From NCBI GenBank assembly GCA_029263235.1, contig JAJCXW010000013.1:1-55716 (forward strand): a stretch of 55,716 nucleotides of DNA. The letters are read 5' to 3'. The DNA is from Acidimicrobiales bacterium. GTDB lineage: Bacteria; Actinomycetota; Acidimicrobiia; Acidimicrobiales; Aldehydirespiratoraceae. The notes under the pieces were generated by a model. That model searched no databases. It worked only from the letters and a program-made list of their open reading frames with translations, and was not told the origin of the DNA. Both the position numbers and the translations under genes were made by a program. Shown here piece by piece: positions 10,201-19,038 of this stretch. Position 1 is the first letter of the stretch. Each line of letters starts with the position of its first letter.

Positions 10201-12103
10201 CCTCTTCAACGAGCTTGGCAACAACAGCGAACTCCATCTCGGAGCCGAAATGGTGAAGCGAGAAGTCGTAGATCCAAACCGGCGACCGGTCCCTCGGGAC
10301 AACCTCGTAGGGCCGTTCGTCGACGACCGTTACTCCGAGGTTTGTCAGGCTGGGCATCACGGACGTGAGAGAGATCCTGCCGCCTCGCCGGTAGAGCTTC
10401 AGATTGAATTCGGTGCTCGGACGACCGGGCTCGCGGTAGACCTTGATGGCGAGATCGTCGTCGTCGGCCATCTCCTCCATCTGCAGAATGTCGCCCACAG
10501 CAGTGCGAGGATCGAACGAGCCCCGGTATTCGGCCGGAAAGCCGTCGCGGTAGGTGTTTGAGATCCGAATTCCGTCTCCCTCGCCGAACTCGTGAATCGC
10601 CTGATCGTCGAAATCGTCGTCCCAGTCCTGGATCAGGGTCGTGATCCGGTTCTCGATCTCGCGTACGTCGAACGCTCCGGTGTCGTCGCCGTCGGTTCTG
10701 AGAATGATCAGAAGTCGGGCCAGGATCGACTCGGACACCCGGGCATCCCAGCTGGCGAGAGACCCTCCGAAGACATCGATCAACACGTCTTGGATGTGGG
10801 ATCGGGTGACCGTGCTGTATTGGTCGCGGGGAAGAAATACGAGACACGTGACAAACCGGCCGAACAGCTCCCGGCGGGCGAACACCCTCACCCGACGGCG
10901 TTCCTGCAGACATGAGATGGCCATGGCCGTCTCGAACAGTTCGTCGGCCTCCATCTGCAGGATCTCGTCGCGCGGATACGACTCGATCACCGACAACAGG
11001 CGTTTGGCGTCGTGGCCGCCTTCAGGTAGATCGGCACGCTCCATGACCTCGCGCACCATGCGCTGCACCTTGGGCACGACCAGGACACTGCAGGTGTAGA
11101 CCTCCGAGGTGAACAAGCCAAGGAACCGGCGTTCGCCCATCACCTCGCCGTCGGAGTCGAAGGTCTTGACCCCGACGTAGTCGAGATAAGAGGCCCGGTG
11201 GACCGTCGACTTCGAACTGGCCTTGGTGAGGTTGAGCAGCCGCTTCTCGTGAATCCGTGTCTGAACGATCGGCGGCATCGACGACAGCGGTCTCCCTGTC
11301 GACGGCGAATTCTCGTCCCGGAGAATGCCGAGCCCCGAATCCTTCACGGGCTCAAGCATCTCTACCCCGTCGGCGTGGGCGAGTCGGTACTCCCGGTAGC
11401 CCAGGAAGATGAAGTGGTCGTCGGCCAGCCAATCGAGCAGTTGTTTGGTTTCTTCGATGTCGCGTTCATCGAGAGGCACGGTGGTGGAGTCGAGGCCAGC
11501 CGACACCTCACTCAACCCGTCGCGCATGAGCTTCCAGTCCTGGACCGCGAACCGAGCGTCGGTCAGCACTCGGGCCAGGTTCGTCTCGATCTCGGCGAGT
11601 TCGGTCGAACCGGGCTGACGGTCGATCTCGAACGCGGCAAGAGACGCCAGCCGGGCATCTGACTCGGGGTGCAGGTGCGGGTCGGCGAAGTGGCCGGTCG
11701 AGTCTCGAAGGTCGAGCATCACCGGGTGCACGACCAAGTGGATTCCGACACCCAGCCGGCTCAGTTCCATGGTGACAGAATCGACCAGGAACGGAAGATC
11801 CTCGGTGACGATCATGACCACGGAGTGTGGGCTGTCCCAGCCGTCGACCTCGACCTTCGGGTTGATGGCCCTGATGGCGGTGTCGTGCTCCCAGGTACGG
11901 CCGACTTCGTGGTGATCGGCCGACATGCCGAAGAGATCTTCGGGTCGGCGGACCGCCAGATCCTCCAAATCGACGTGGGAATAGTAGTAGTGCAGATAGG
12001 CCGCGAGACCGTCGTCGAAACTCTCTGCATTGGCCTTGGCGTGGGCAACGACGCGGTCTGCAACCGCCTCGCTATCCGGGGCAGCGCTGGATGTGTCTGG
12101 CAT
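7274..12103 (-). CDS. gdhB: Large (about 1600 aa) NAD-specific glutamate dehydrogenase
   Basis: ARGGLRWSDR, KNAVIIPAGAKGGF, LVVAADKGTATFSD, GDAFASGGS, GIGDMSGDVFGNG, EGGNLG, DNSAGVDCSD. The start may be 12103 or 12148. Confidence 0.95.
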   Translation of the reverse strand: MPDTSSAAPDSEAVADRVVAHAKANAESFDDGLAAYLHYYYSHVDLEDLAVRRPEDLFGMSADHHEVGRTWEHDTAIRAINPKVEVDGWDSPHSVVMIVTEDLPFLVDSVTMELSRLGVGIHLVVHPVMLDLRDSTGHFADPHLHPESDARLASLAAFEIDRQPGSTELAEIETNLARVLTDARFAVQDWKLMRDGLSEVSAGLDSTTVPLDERDIEETKQLLDWLADDHFIFLGYREYRLAHADGVEMLEPVKDSGLGILRDENSPSTGRPLSSMPPIVQTRIHEKRLLNLTKASSKSTVHRASYLDYVGVKTFDSDGEVMGERRFLGLFTSEVYTCSVLVVPKVQRMVREVMERADLPEGGHDAKRLLSVIESYPRDEILQMEADELFETAMAISCLQERRRVRVFARRELFGRFVTCLVFLPRDQYSTVTRSHIQDVLIDVFGGSLASWDARVSESILARLLIILRTDGDDTGAFDVREIENRITTLIQDWDDDFDDQAIHEFGEGDGIRISNTYRDGFPAEYRGSFDPRTAVGDILQMEEMADDDDLAIKVYREPGRPSTEFNLKLYRRGGRISLTSVMPSLTNLGVTVVDERPYEVVPRDRSPVWIYDFSLHHFGSEMEFAVVAKLVEEAFTSVWAGTVDDDGFNRLVLGAGVRPREVAVLRSFARYLHQVGFAYSRLFTEQTLEQHPKLSRCLVDLFIAKFDPDIEDDEREAIRAGLDEKIVRRMDGMASLDQDRVIRRIHNLIGAAIRTNYFQLDDSGQPRPYLAIKFDPSQITDMPEPRPMFEIYVYSPRFEGVHLRAGFVARGGLRWSDRTEDYRTEILGLAKAQMVKNAVIIPAGAKGGFVLKQSPAATDQAAVREEVVTCYKLFVSGLLDITDNIVDDEIVSPARTVRYDGDDAYLVVAADKGTATFSDVANELAIERGFWLGDAFASGGSHGYDHKKMGITARGAWESVKRHFNGFRVHVESDDFTAVGIGDMSGDVFGNGMLRSPHTKLLAAFDHRHIFIDPDPDPDESFVERQRLFDLPRSTWDDYEKSMISTGGGVFPRTLKSVEITPQMRSALGIEGDSMTPDELIAGILRAPVDLLWNGGIGTYIKAVSEPNSSVGDKANDHIRVDGCDLRCKVIGEGGNLGVTQLGRIEFSHNGGRVYTDAIDNSAGVDCSDREVNIKILLDRVVADGDMTSKQRNELLERMTDEVTDLVLADNYNQTRALSVARVESGSMIEVDSRYLEQLVADGLIDRELEYLPSAEELSERRLEGKGLTAPELSVLSAYTKNILSSDLIESTTPDDPAFGHLLVDYFPSELRETFADRIRSHRLSREIVANRVANTVVDRAGVSMMYRLSSETSAPSHEIAEAYTAAWEIYGLERFTEEINSLDVVIDVEKQLSIHLRTRQLAERATRKMLRNRPAPFSASDAIADLAAPVKEAIEVLPEHLRGADKSAYNRRFKELVGTGAPEAIASRAAALVPSIAALDVVLAASATGAPLETVSAVHFAIAHRLDLTRLRDRIFSLPRNSQWETMARLSLRGDLYNDHRHLTVQVLDGAEDGADPLQLVDRWVRANQGAVDRYHQTIDDLRTAHTDLTTVLVATREVGTLIDRTS

Positions 12104-12172
12104 CGGTATTGAGGGTAATGCGGCCACTCCGGACGCGGGGTGAATCACGAGAATGCTCTGGCCGGGACACGA

Positions 12173-13528
12173 TCAGAGCGTGTCGAGAATCAAGCGAAGA
12201 CCTTCCACACGGGTCCGCGGACTCACGATGCAGAACCGGAGCGCCGGCTCCCCATCGATCGAAGTCGGAGTGACGAATGCCTGACCCGAATCGAGCAATC
12301 GCTGCGACCACTCGCCGTACTCGGAAGCGGTCCAGCCCTTTCTTCGGAAGGCCACGATGGACAGCGGTGGATCGACGATGAGTTCGAGTCGTTCGTCGGC
12401 GTCGATCTCGGCGGCGATCTCCTGAGCCATCGAGATCGTGTGCTCAACCGCGTCGCAGTAGGCCTCAGTGCCGTGGGTGGCGAGTGAGAACCAGAGAGGC
12501 AGACCCCGCGCTCTACGGGTGAGCACGTGGGCGTAATCGCTCGGGTTCCAGCCATCGCCAACCAGCGCATCGAGGTAGGCGGCATGCTGGGTGTGGGCGG
12601 CACGAGCGATCTCAGGGTTGCGATACAGGAGAGCGGCGCAGTCGTAGGGGGCGAACAGCCACTTGTGGGGATCGACCACCAGCGAATCGGCTCTCTCGAT
12701 ACCAATGAAATCGTCTCTCACCGAGGGAGCAGCCAGCGCCGCCCCTCCATACGCGGCATCAACGTGGAGCCAGACCCCGCTTCGGGAGCACACTTCGCCA
12801 ATACCTTCGAGGGCATCGATGATCCCGAGATTGGTCGTTCCTGCGGTGGCCACGACCGCGAACACCGACGTGCCGGAAGGTGCGTTCTCGATGGCGGCGG
12901 CCACAGCAGAACCGGTGAGCTTGCGTTGATCGTCGACTGTCGCCTCGATGATGTCGACATCCATGACCTCGGCGGCGGCCACGACCGAAGAATGGGAGCT
13001 GGAAGCCGCCACGATCGCCCACCGACGGGGCTGATGCTCGGTGACGCTCCTGACGTGATGACGTGCCGCCACCAACGCGCTCAGGTTTCCGGCGGTGCCA
13101 CCTGAAAGGAACACTCCACCGGCCTCCGGAGGGAGGCCGGCCAGATCGGCGAGCCACCGAAGTGCCTGGTTCTCGGCGTATACAGCCCCGGCGCCCTCGA
13201 GCCAGGACCCTCCGTAGAGCGACGAGGCACCGACAACCACATCGAAAAGGGCCGCGGCTTCGGTAGGGGCCGTGGGCACGAACGAGAGGTAGCGCTGGTG
13301 ATCGGTCGAGATGCACGATGGCGCCAACTCGTCGGTGAACAATTGCAGCGCCCGCACTCCACCGAGACCCTCGGCGGTGATCGTCGAACCAACCGCATCA
13401 TCCAACTCGGCCGCCGACCTGGGACCGTCGAGCGGCGGTGGATCGAGGCGAACCCGATTGAGCGCGTATCGAAAGATCTGCCACGCCAGCTCATCGGTCG
13501 ACTCGTCGTAGGAGTGCATGTCGGTCAT
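12173..13528 (-). CDS. Group II PLP-dependent amino-acid decarboxylase
   Basis: SGGTAGN, ATAGTT, WLHVDAAYGG and DPHKW (PLP lysine). Confidence 0.9.
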   Translation of the reverse strand: MTDMHSYDESTDELAWQIFRYALNRVRLDPPPLDGPRSAAELDDAVGSTITAEGLGGVRALQLFTDELAPSCISTDHQRYLSFVPTAPTEAAALFDVVVGASSLYGGSWLEGAGAVYAENQALRWLADLAGLPPEAGGVFLSGGTAGNLSALVAARHHVRSVTEHQPRRWAIVAASSSHSSVVAAAEVMDVDIIEATVDDQRKLTGSAVAAAIENAPSGTSVFAVVATAGTTNLGIIDALEGIGEVCSRSGVWLHVDAAYGGAALAAPSVRDDFIGIERADSLVVDPHKWLFAPYDCAALLYRNPEIARAAHTQHAAYLDALVGDGWNPSDYAHVLTRRARGLPLWFSLATHGTEAYCDAVEHTISMAQEIAAEIDADERLELIVDPPLSIVAFRRKGWTASEYGEWSQRLLDSGQAFVTPTSIDGEPALRFCIVSPRTRVEGLRLILDTL

Positions 13529-13564
13529 CGTCGGAAGCCTTGCTGGACGTTGCCTTTTTGGATG

Positions 13565-14002
13565 TTACGACGCGGCGGGCTCCGCACCGAAGGCTTTCTC
13601 CACGGCCGCCAACAATGAATCTGATGTCATCGGCTGAGCGATCACGATGCAGTTGGCGAAGTCGTCGGGGTATCGCTCGGCTCGCGGACCGGGGACCTCC
13701 ACCACGACGGGAAGATCAGGATGTCGCTTCTGGATCTCGAGCAACACCTCGCGATTGCGGGCCTCAGTGTGCCGCAACGCATTGACGACCACGTCGGCGC
13801 CATCGCAACCCGGACACACACCGTCGGCGACGAGGCTGCACCGGGAGTTGCTGCCGACCGGGCCATCGCAGGTCAGAACGTCGTAGCCGGCGCGTCCCAG
13901 GATTCGATTGAGGGTTTCCTGCTGAGCCCAGTCGCTCGCTTCGACCAACACGCGAGGTCCAGTCGATTCCTTCCATCGAGGCGGGCTGACAGTCTGCTTC
14001 AT
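13565..14002 (-). CDS. Atypical receiver-like (pseudo-REC) protein with a 4-Cys insert
   Basis: CheY-like pattern (RVLVE..L..IL..AGYDV..ADVVV..PDLPVVV..QP....L..AV) lacking the phospho-Asp and Lys. Carries C-x9-C-x7-C-x2-C. Start set at ATG 14002. Confidence 0.6.
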   Translation of the reverse strand: MKQTVSPPRWKESTGPRVLVEASDWAQQETLNRILGRAGYDVLTCDGPVGSNSRCSLVADGVCPGCDGADVVVNALRHTEARNREVLLEIQKRHPDLPVVVEVPGPRAERYPDDFANCIVIAQPMTSDSLLAAVEKAFGAEPAAS

Positions 14003-14051
14003 GACGCTCTTCTCATGGTGAGGGCCGACAACACGACAGTAGCCTCTGGCC

Positions 14052-14858
14052 GTGCCTGCAAATGCATCAGACCCCAGTTCCCGTCGCAGGGAACTGCGAA
14101 GTGTCGCATTGCCGCGCGAACACGGTGGCTGGAGTCTCACCATGGAGCCGGCGTTGCTCGGAATGCTGGTGGCATGGTCGGGAGCAGCGTTGGCGTTGTC
14201 GGCGGCGGCGTTGCTGATGTTCACGGCCCGGACACCCCTCAAGTACGCCTTGGTCGACCGCGTCAGGGAAAGACGCCTTTCTCGAACCCACACCGCCGAG
14301 CGTCTCGCTCTGGCCGAGTCGGCGATCATCGCCGTTTTGTTCGTCGTGGTCGCGTTCACGGCAAAGGGGCCGTTCTGGTGGCCGCTGGCCGCCGCCGCCC
14401 CCCTGCTTGGAGTCGGGCTCTGGTACGACATTCAGAGCCGGAGCCGCCGGTTGGTGCCCGAACTGGCTGGAACCATCGGAATCGCATCGATGGCCGCTGC
14501 CATTGTCGTGGCCGACGATGGCACAACCAGCCTCGCACTGGGAATGTGGCTGGTCGCATCGATGAGGTCGCTGGCCTCGGTGGTCTTCGTCCGAGTGCAG
14601 ATCAGTCGTTCTCGCCTCACCCCCCACACCGTGTGGCACAGCGATGTCGCTCAGGTCGGAGCGCTGGCCATGCTCGTGGCCGGCTACTTCGTGGTTGATC
14701 TGCCGCTTGCGGCCATCATCGCCATGGCGGTGGCGACCGTATTCCAGCTGGTGGCCGTGCGCCGTTCCGTGCCCAAGGTGGCGATCGTGGGCGCACAGCA
14801 AATGGCCATCGGCCTCGGGGTCGTGTTCACCACCGCTCTGGGTGTGCTCGCACCCTGA
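14052..14858 (+). CDS. YwiC-like multi-pass membrane protein
   Basis: N-terminal LPREHGGW motif followed by about 8 hydrophobic helices. Confidence 0.75.
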   Translation: MPANASDPSSRRRELRSVALPREHGGWSLTMEPALLGMLVAWSGAALALSAAALLMFTARTPLKYALVDRVRERRLSRTHTAERLALAESAIIAVLFVVVAFTAKGPFWWPLAAAAPLLGVGLWYDIQSRSRRLVPELAGTIGIASMAAAIVVADDGTTSLALGMWLVASMRSLASVVFVRVQISRSRLTPHTVWHSDVAQVGALAMLVAGYFVVDLPLAAIIAMAVATVFQLVAVRRSVPKVAIVGAQQMAIGLGVVFTTALGVLAP

Positions 14859-14875
14859 CGGCTACGGTCGGCGCC

Positions 14876-15955
14876 ATGACCAGCATCTCATTCGAGGTCG
14901 GACGGGACGACTACGCCTCGACCCGTCTCGTCGAGTCAAATGGCGAACTCGCCGAAGGCGAGATTCGAGCCCGCATCATCCAGTTCGCGGTCACGTCCAA
15001 CAACATCACCTACGCGACCATCGGCGAGATGCTGGGCTACTGGAACTTCTTCCCCACCGAAACGGGTTGGGGCCGGGTGCCGGCATTCGGCTTCGCGGAA
15101 GTCGAGGCGAGCCGAAGCGACCTGGTGGCGGTGGGCAGACGGCTCTACGGCTACTGGCCGATGGCGAGTCACCTCACATTGCTTCCCGGTCGGGTCACGC
15201 CACGCGGGTTTCGCGACTTGTCCGAGCACCGCCAGCCCATGGCCGACGTCTACAACACCTACACCTACACCGAGGCCGACCCGATCCACAGACCCGATCG
15301 CGAAGCACAACAAATGCTGCTTCACCCCTTGTTCTTCACAGGGTTCGTCGTCGACGACCTCTTCGCCGACAACGACATGTTCGACGCCAACACCGTGATC
15401 GCCTCGAGCGCGTCGAGCAAGACCGCCATCGCCACCGCTCACCTGTTGGCCCAGCGACCGAATCTGGAGGTCGTCGGACTCACGTCGGCCGGGAATCTGG
15501 AGTTCGTGGAGGGTCTCGGGTGCTACGACCGCACCATCAGCTACGACGCGATCGCCGACATCAAGATCGATTCGGCCATCTATGCCGACTTCTCGGGTTC
15601 GGAGACGATCAGGCGTGCGGTCCACTCTCAGCTCGGCGAGAAGCTCCGCTACAGCTGCCTGATCGGCGGCACACACTGGGACGAGACGGGCGGCCCTCAA
15701 CCCTCTGAGGAACTTTCGGGCCCGGTCCCTGAGTTCTTCTTCGCCCCGACCCAGATCGCCAAACGAACGACCGATTGGGGTCGATCCGAACTCGACCGAC
15801 GACTCGAGACAGCATGGAACCAGTTCTCGGACTGGACCGACTCCTGGCTCGAGATACGCCGCCACGAGGGGCCCGATGCCATGGCGGCACTCTGGACGCT
15901 GATGCTCAACGGAGAAGCCGACCCGAGCGAGGGCCATACCGCCACCCTCAGTTGA
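14876..15955 (+). CDS. DUF2855 family protein (MDR-like fold)
   Basis: FAVTSNNITYA..G..LGYWNFFP..GWGRVP, YGYWPMASH, PLFFTGF, SASSKTA, FFFAP. Confidence 0.8.
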   Translation: MTSISFEVGRDDYASTRLVESNGELAEGEIRARIIQFAVTSNNITYATIGEMLGYWNFFPTETGWGRVPAFGFAEVEASRSDLVAVGRRLYGYWPMASHLTLLPGRVTPRGFRDLSEHRQPMADVYNTYTYTEADPIHRPDREAQQMLLHPLFFTGFVVDDLFADNDMFDANTVIASSASSKTAIATAHLLAQRPNLEVVGLTSAGNLEFVEGLGCYDRTISYDAIADIKIDSAIYADFSGSETIRRAVHSQLGEKLRYSCLIGGTHWDETGGPQPSEELSGPVPEFFFAPTQIAKRTTDWGRSELDRRLETAWNQFSDWTDSWLEIRRHEGPDAMAALWTLMLNGEADPSEGHTATLS

Positions 15956-16907
15956 TCACCGACTGGAGTTCTCCCACGACGATCGATACCGAGGCGCTGC
16001 GACTGACCACCCCCCAGATGGTCCAGTCGTCCGGATGAGAGTTGGTGCGCTCGTAGATCGTCCACGAGACGGTCAGATCGGTGGCGTAGCCCGACGGTTC
16101 GCTCACACGTTCGAAGTTGTGGGAGCAACTGGTGGACTGCGAAGACGGATCGAGTGTTGGGTCCCAGACCTTGTCGATGTCGGAGATGCAGGTGACGACG
16201 CTGCCATCGCCAAGGGTCCAGACCGCGCTGCGAACCGCCGGATGCACTGTTGCCCAAGTATCGCCGGCCTGGGCTGAGGCGTCGGGGTACGACAACTGAC
16301 TGGCGACACCGAGCCAGGTGTCGATGCCGACGATCTGGCTGTCCGGAGGCGACAAGGCAGGTATTGGTGTCTCGAACTCGATCGAATCGATTGCGTACTG
16401 CTCAACCTCGACGATCCCGATAGCGGGCCCATCGACCGGAGCGCCCGGCACGAAACGGACGATACGCGGATAGCCGGTCAGGTTGGACTTGTCGTCGGGA
16501 TGGAAGCACCTGAGCATGTAGACCTCGTCGGGCTCGGGGAACACCGGCGTAGTGCTGTCCCAGGTCGGGTAGAACCCGGTGCCACCGATCGAGTGCCAAC
16601 TACACCGGACCCGACGACCCAACGTGGCGGACCCTGGTTGGTCGACGAGGCGCAGCGAACCGGGCTCACCGGCCTCGACCAGCAGGGTGCCGTCGCCGTA
16701 GCTGATTCCTGTCCCGGCGGCGGCCAGGTCGATGACCCTCGCGGCCGCAGCCACCGGGGTCGAATCACCGGACACGGTGAGACCTTGCAGCGATATCGGC
16801 CGAACATCGTCGGCCGCGCTCGATGATCGGGTGCAGCCGGATGCGACCAACGTCAGTGCCACCGCCAGTGCGAGCGCCGACAAGAGACTCGAGACTCTGT
16901 GACTCAC
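15948..16907 (-). CDS. Hypothetical Cys-containing lipoprotein with a PKD-like C-terminal domain
   Basis: Lipobox LVASGC. 'VGIDTWL..WTLGDGSVVTC..CSHNF..LTVSW..V.ELQSVI' resembles actinobacterial secreted proteins. Start uncertain. Confidence 0.55.
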   Translation of the reverse strand: MSHRVSSLLSALALAVALTLVASGCTRSSSAADDVRPISLQGLTVSGDSTPVAAAARVIDLAAAGTGISYGDGTLLVEAGEPGSLRLVDQPGSATLGRRVRCSWHSIGGTGFYPTWDSTTPVFPEPDEVYMLRCFHPDDKSNLTGYPRIVRFVPGAPVDGPAIGIVEVEQYAIDSIEFETPIPALSPPDSQIVGIDTWLGVASQLSYPDASAQAGDTWATVHPAVRSAVWTLGDGSVVTCISDIDKVWDPTLDPSSQSTSCSHNFERVSEPSGYATDLTVSWTIYERTNSHPDDWTIWGVVSRSASVSIVVGELQSVIN

Positions 16908-16983
16908 GAGGCATGAAACTACACGAGATTCCCTGAATACGCCAGAGGCGATCGTCCTCGACGTTGAGCGGTAGCATCGCCGC

Positions 16984-17580
16984 ATGGCCGGGCCCCTCAA
17001 GCTGACATTCCTCAGCTCCTACACAACGGTGGACGCTCTACCCCGCACCCGCTCGGAGTTGGCTCTCGTCGGCCGGTCCAACGTCGGCAAGTCGTCGTTG
17101 ATCAACGGGCTGGCCAACCGAAAGAGTCTCGCCAAGACCTCCAAGACCCCGGGGGCCACACGGCTTCTCAACGCCTACGAGATCGGTAACACCGATTCCG
17201 GTCGGTGGCTCATGGATCTGCCCGGTTACGGCTTCGCCAAGGTGTCGAAGACCGAGCAGGCCAAGTGGTCGGTGATGCTGGGCGGCTACCTCGAACAGCG
17301 CGAGAGCCTCGTTGGAGTGCTCCACCTGATCGACGGGGCGATAGGCCCCACTCCTCTCGATCTCGACATGGTCGATTGGCTTCGCGAGGTGGGGCTTCCG
17401 ATCACCTTCGTGGCCACCAAGGCCGACAAGGTGAAGTCCTCTCGGCGGTCGAAACGACGCAGCGAGGTCACGCGCAAACTCGGTGTCGAGAAGAGCGACG
17501 TGCTTTGGGTCAGCGCCGAGCGGGGGGCCGGTCTCCCCGAGCTTCGGAGCAGGATCATCAACCTGGTCGAAGCCAACTGA
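16984..17580 (+). CDS. engB: Ribosome biogenesis GTPase YihA/YsxC
   Basis: GRSNVGKSSLIN, TSKTPGAT, DLPGYGFAK, TKADK. Confidence 0.92.
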   Translation: MAGPLKLTFLSSYTTVDALPRTRSELALVGRSNVGKSSLINGLANRKSLAKTSKTPGATRLLNAYEIGNTDSGRWLMDLPGYGFAKVSKTEQAKWSVMLGGYLEQRESLVGVLHLIDGAIGPTPLDLDMVDWLREVGLPITFVATKADKVKSSRRSKRRSEVTRKLGVEKSDVLWVSAERGAGLPELRSRIINLVEAN

Positions 17581-17620
17581 GACCGTCGACAACTACTCAA
17601 CACCGACCTAGGGTCGGCCC

Positions 17621-18499
17621 ATGCTCGATCGTATGAAATTCGGCTCCACCGGCCACACCAGTTCGCGGGTCATATTTGGAGCGGCAGCCCTCGGCTCGAT
17701 GAGCCAGGAGAGGGCCGACACGACCCTCGACATCCTTCTGCAACGCGGGATCAACCACATCGACACGGCTGCCACCTACGGAGAATCAGAGCTCCGGCTC
17801 GCCCCATTCCTCCAGGATCACCGCCCTGAGTTCTTCCTCGCCACCAAGACCGACCAGCGCACCGGCGGCGGCGCTCGGGCCGGCCTCGAGTCGAGTCTGG
17901 AGCGCATGGGTGTCGATCGAGTCGATCTGATTCAGCTCCACAACCTGGTGGAGGAAGACGATTGGCGCACAGCGTTCTCGTCCGGTGGGGCGGTAGAGGC
18001 CCTCTTCCGGGCCCGCGACGAGGGCCTGTGTGGCGAAGTCGGGGTCACCGGCCACGGCCTGCGGATCGCCGGGATGCACGTACGAAGCCTCGCCGAGGCC
18101 CCCTTCGCGTCGGTCCAGCTTCCGTGGAATCACACCCTCGCCGAGTTCGACGACTACTCCGACGACTTTCGCAGGCTCAGGGCTCTGTGTGTGGAGCGGG
18201 GGGTGGCGATCCAGACAATCAAGTCGATCGCTCGTCGCCGATGGGACGACTTCAGCCAGATGCAGTACTCGTGGTACGAACCAATCAGCCAACCCGACAT
18301 CTTGGCTCGGGCGGTTCGTTTCGTGCTCGCCGATCCCAATCTGTTTCTCAACAGTTCGAGCGATGCTCGGCTTCTGGAAATGGCTCTCGACGCCGCCGTT
18401 GATCTCGGGGAACCCCCCGACCCCGATCAGCTCGCGTCGGACCGCTCCGACCACATGATGATGCCGTTGTTCGACGGCCGAGAACTCGAAACGATCTGA
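17621..18499 (+). CDS. Aldo/keto reductase
   Basis: GINHIDTAATYG, FLATK, VDLIQLHN, GVTGHG. Confidence 0.88.
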   Translation: MLDRMKFGSTGHTSSRVIFGAAALGSMSQERADTTLDILLQRGINHIDTAATYGESELRLAPFLQDHRPEFFLATKTDQRTGGGARAGLESSLERMGVDRVDLIQLHNLVEEDDWRTAFSSGGAVEALFRARDEGLCGEVGVTGHGLRIAGMHVRSLAEAPFASVQLPWNHTLAEFDDYSDDFRRLRALCVERGVAIQTIKSIARRRWDDFSQMQYSWYEPISQPDILARAVRFVLADPNLFLNSSSDARLLEMALDAAVDLGEPPDPDQLASDRSDHMMMPLFDGRELETI

Positions 18500-18523
18500 G
18501 CGGCCCGCGGGGCCACCGAGGTT

Positions 18524-18799
18524 TCAGTCGACGCTGATCTGTGCCATCAGGGTGGCGCGGGTCTCATCGAACGTGTCGAGGTCCATCTGACCGTCGTCGT
18601 AGCGACGATGCAGGTCGGCGACCTGCTCCATGATCACTTCGTTGCTCACGGTTGGGGTGGTGTCGATCTCACCAGAATCCTCGTCTTCTTCGGAGGTTTC
18701 CGGATCGCCTTCGAGTCTGCGCTCGCGCTTGGCCTGAGCCTTGGCCTTCTTGGCCATATCGCGCTGACGTTTTGCAAAGCTGGATCGACCGGTCGCCAC
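18524..18799 (-). CDS. Small hypothetical protein: basic N-terminal helix, acidic linker, SHOCT-like C-terminus
   Basis: AGGAGG upstream of GTG 18799. RSSFAKRQRDMAKKAKAQAKRERR and LHRRYDDGQMDLDTFDETRATL. Confidence 0.7.
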   Translation of the reverse strand: MATGRSSFAKRQRDMAKKAKAQAKRERRLEGDPETSEEDEDSGEIDTTPTVSNEVIMEQVADLHRRYDDGQMDLDTFDETRATLMAQISVD

Positions 18800-18925
18800 T
18801 ACATTCGCCTCCTGATGCACCCCGAGTGACCACTTGGGGCGTTCAAATGAGGCTACGCCACCGCGACGCCGTTTCCGCGTCACCCACCGCTCTACGGAGC
18901 CTGTCACGGGTACACCTACTTGACC

Positions 18926-18955
18926 ACGACATGTTAGGCATGCCTAACATGTCGT
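18926..18955. promoter_or_regulatory. Perfect 30-bp palindrome, candidate operator (TTAGG-N4-CCTAA core)
   Basis: ACGACATGTTAGGCA|TGCCTAACATGTCGT, lying between two divergent genes. Confidence 0.7.
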
Positions 18956-19038
18956 CGAACTACGGGGGTTCGCTGGCTCACCGGCAGAGCCACCTTCACA
19001 TGAGCCCGTGCACACGGGACCAACCGGAAGGAATCGGA

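Noticed and set aside
14003-14431. Long N-terminal extensions of track ORFs (e.g. 13565..14431, 18652.., 23790.., 35806.., 52515..)
   Set aside because: They overlap neighbouring real genes; downstream starts have better RBS or -10 support and fit the domain boundaries.
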